Origin: Acanthaster planci
Lineage: Eukaryota
DNA length: 64,000 nucleotides
Direction of reading: 5' to 3'
Assembly: GCF_001949145.1 (NCBI RefSeq)
Contig: NW_019091356.1
Coordinates: 4,570,934 to 4,634,933, forward strand
The position numbers and the translations under genes were made by a program. Shown one piece after another: positions 61,484 to 64,000 of the stretch (its first letter is position 1; the number at the start of each line of letters is the position of its first letter). The notes below the pieces were generated by a model, which made no database searches, was not told the origin of the DNA, and saw only the letters and a program-made list of their open reading frames with translations.

Positions 61484-64000
61484 CTATGAAATAAATTATT
61501 GCGAAAAATCACAAATGGATCAACGACAATAAGAACAGAAAGTGATTCTACAAAATAGACAGGTGTCTCAACAGTTACTTGACGACTGTAGTAAAAGCGC
61601 ACTGTGCTGGATGTTTGAACGCTTGAATAGGGCAAAGGCAATAATAGGCCTAACTCTAAAAAAAGTTGTCCAAGGAGTGCATGGGCCTATACCTCTGTGG
61701 ATTTACGCCCGTCCCGTTTGAGCCAGTGTTTCTTGTTATCTGTTATAAATACAGCCACATTGTACTTTCACAGTGATTTTCTCATCCCAAGTCATGATCA
61801 TCGGTTGTTGGCATATATACCGCCCCCTACAGGCAAGTACAGAAGAAAAAAGTTCCTTTGCTTTCTAAAAGGTTTGGTGACCTGCACTGCCGATTGTATG
61901 CAGGGCTCTTTTTTTTCTCTGGTATTTGGCCCAGAAGTAAGGACTATTTGAAGTCAAGCACGTGCACTCTTTATATTACAGGCCTCGTTTTTCAGTGGCC
62001 TTTAACCTCGTAAAGCCTGTAATTTGAAGTAATCAGTGAAGAAAACTGGGGCACAAGTGGACAAATCCCCATCCGGAATATCCATGCACACTCTGGCTGA
62101 TTGGCCAATCTGGCTCCTTAGAGATAAAACGAGACGTGACACAAAATTATGTTTCTCTAAGGGCAAATTCTTTCAAAAGTATACCGTAAGCCAATAATGT
62201 GTCAAATCTTAACTGCAGACTTTGCCTCCATTGCTCATGGATTATTCCGCTTTTTAGAAACAAACTTCAGGAAACAAACAATAATTACGCTGACACAAAT
62301 TGTTTACTTCATAGGAAGTATGTTTACTTGATATGTTTACTTTATATCTTTCTGATGTACTATGACTTTGAGCAGAAGGTTACACACTGGTATTTCCAAA
62401 TTGTCAAACTAACATCGAGGTATACATGTAACGAAGACGTTATAAAAGCTACTAAAAACTTAACGAGTGGGAGGAGTACACGAAGCTCTGTGACAGCCAA
62501 GTTCTCAGTATCGATTTGTATCCATGCAAAATGCGCATGTCTTTTTTCCCTCGTTGCCAAAGTGTTTAACCACATCTGGACAAAGTGAGCACGTTGAACC
62601 GGCCAAGGCAATCCGCAGTGAGAAACAAGTACCAGTCTCCTTGACCTGCGGTAACCCCCATAACCAGAAAATATAGGCTACACGGGCAACGAACCCAAAC
62701 TTAGTTTACGCTACGCGATCATTTCTGATAACTTCAAGTTCTCACACCTCTCTTCCTAAAAGATATTATGAGTCACTTTGTTTTGCCAAAGACTCTGGGA
62801 GCAACAGGTGACTGCGTGTTACCATGACACTCCCAACATCCGGTACCATCTGTCACCAAACATCATTTACTGACGTAGTGTTTGGAAAGCCAATATGTTC
62901 CTACCATGTAATAACAAACCCCATCCTCAAAAGTAAATGATATTTCATTTCCGATTTCCGAGGTCGATGGCTGAATCGTTTCCCATTACATCTGAAACTT
63001 TTGAATAACAACAACTTTGTATAAATTACATTCGCAAAGGCAATGGACAGAAATACGCGAAAGAGTTTCTGGCCTACGTTCCATTTGAATCTTCCAGACA
63101 AATTCTGGTTTGATCAAAATGCAAGATTTCCCAATTATTTTTTACTTTCATTGTTTCCATTTTGAGGGCAAAATATCTAATTTTCATAATTCAAACATTC
63201 GCAGTTTTCCTACCATCCACCCAATGACACAGGAATACCTCGAAATAAATCTCAATGTGACGCAAATGCTACATGACGAGTAAATTCCAAAACGGTATCG
63301 AAGGACGAAAAACTGTTACTAATGTTGGCGTTGAAATAGATAAAATCCTACTTTATTGAATATAAGGAACCGTAATTCCCTGAAAATCACAAAAATTATG
63401 TTCGCCTCTTTCATGCACAGACGAAAGTCCGCGGGTTTGCCCTGAGGTCGTGCATGCGTCCTTACATTCAGGGTAACACTAAAAGGGTTTACTTCTAAGT
63501 AGCTCAAGCTATGTCAGCAATATTCGTAGGCTAAAGATTTTCCTAAACTCGTGTAAGTCCTCCGCGCAGTATGCCACTGAGTGACATGTTAATTATTAAC
63601 TTGGACACGCTTGAACAAAAGCCAAAGGCCCAGTGTAAAAACTAGTTGATACTTCATTTTCCACAGTTTTCTTGTTCAGTGAAGAGTAGCACTTCGCCAA
63701 TGGAGTAGCAGATTTGTTCACAATGAGAATATATTACCTGTATCACTTTAAGTCAGCCGTCTCGAAATGATCCATACAAAAAGTCTGGTATCATTATTTC
63801 AACTTGATTAACCTCAGTTGTCCCATTGAGACAAAATACACTGATGTATAAAATACAGACTAATTACTTATGTTGCTTTCTGTGAGTCGCTAACACTACA
63901 TAAACTTCACCTCCAGTCTGATATAATGAAATGAAATCACGTGTAGCAAATGCAAAGGACTTTTTTTTTAAATTTAAATTACAACATTCATTGTAAGGGG

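Overview
AT-rich, intron-containing animal genomic DNA. An invertebrate deuterostome such as a sea star is plausible from gene content and repeat style, but the species cannot be proven from this window. I assembled eight protein-coding genes by hand from splice signals and translation: ABITRAM/FAM206A (-), a CYP46A1-like P450 (+), a membrane-anchored FkbM-family methyltransferase (+), CLP1 (-), DNAJB6-like (+), an adhesion GPCR (+), a RING-Bbox-Bbox TRIM-like gene nested antisense in the GPCR's first intron (-), and a 5'-incomplete LDLa-like plus 5xCUB secreted protein (-). Several short non-autonomous DNA transposons (MITEs) and tandem repeats are also present. The most notable observations are: an AT-AC minor-spliceosome intron and a second probable U12 GT-AG intron in CLP1; a MITE whose terminus supplies the ABITRAM stop codon; an adhesion GPCR with a degenerate GPS/Stachel; a sterol 24-hydroxylase-like P450 directly beside an O-methyltransferase-like gene; and an unexplained ~400-nt structured GC-rich block in ABITRAM intron 3. 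No prokaryotic-type systems such as CRISPR were seen.
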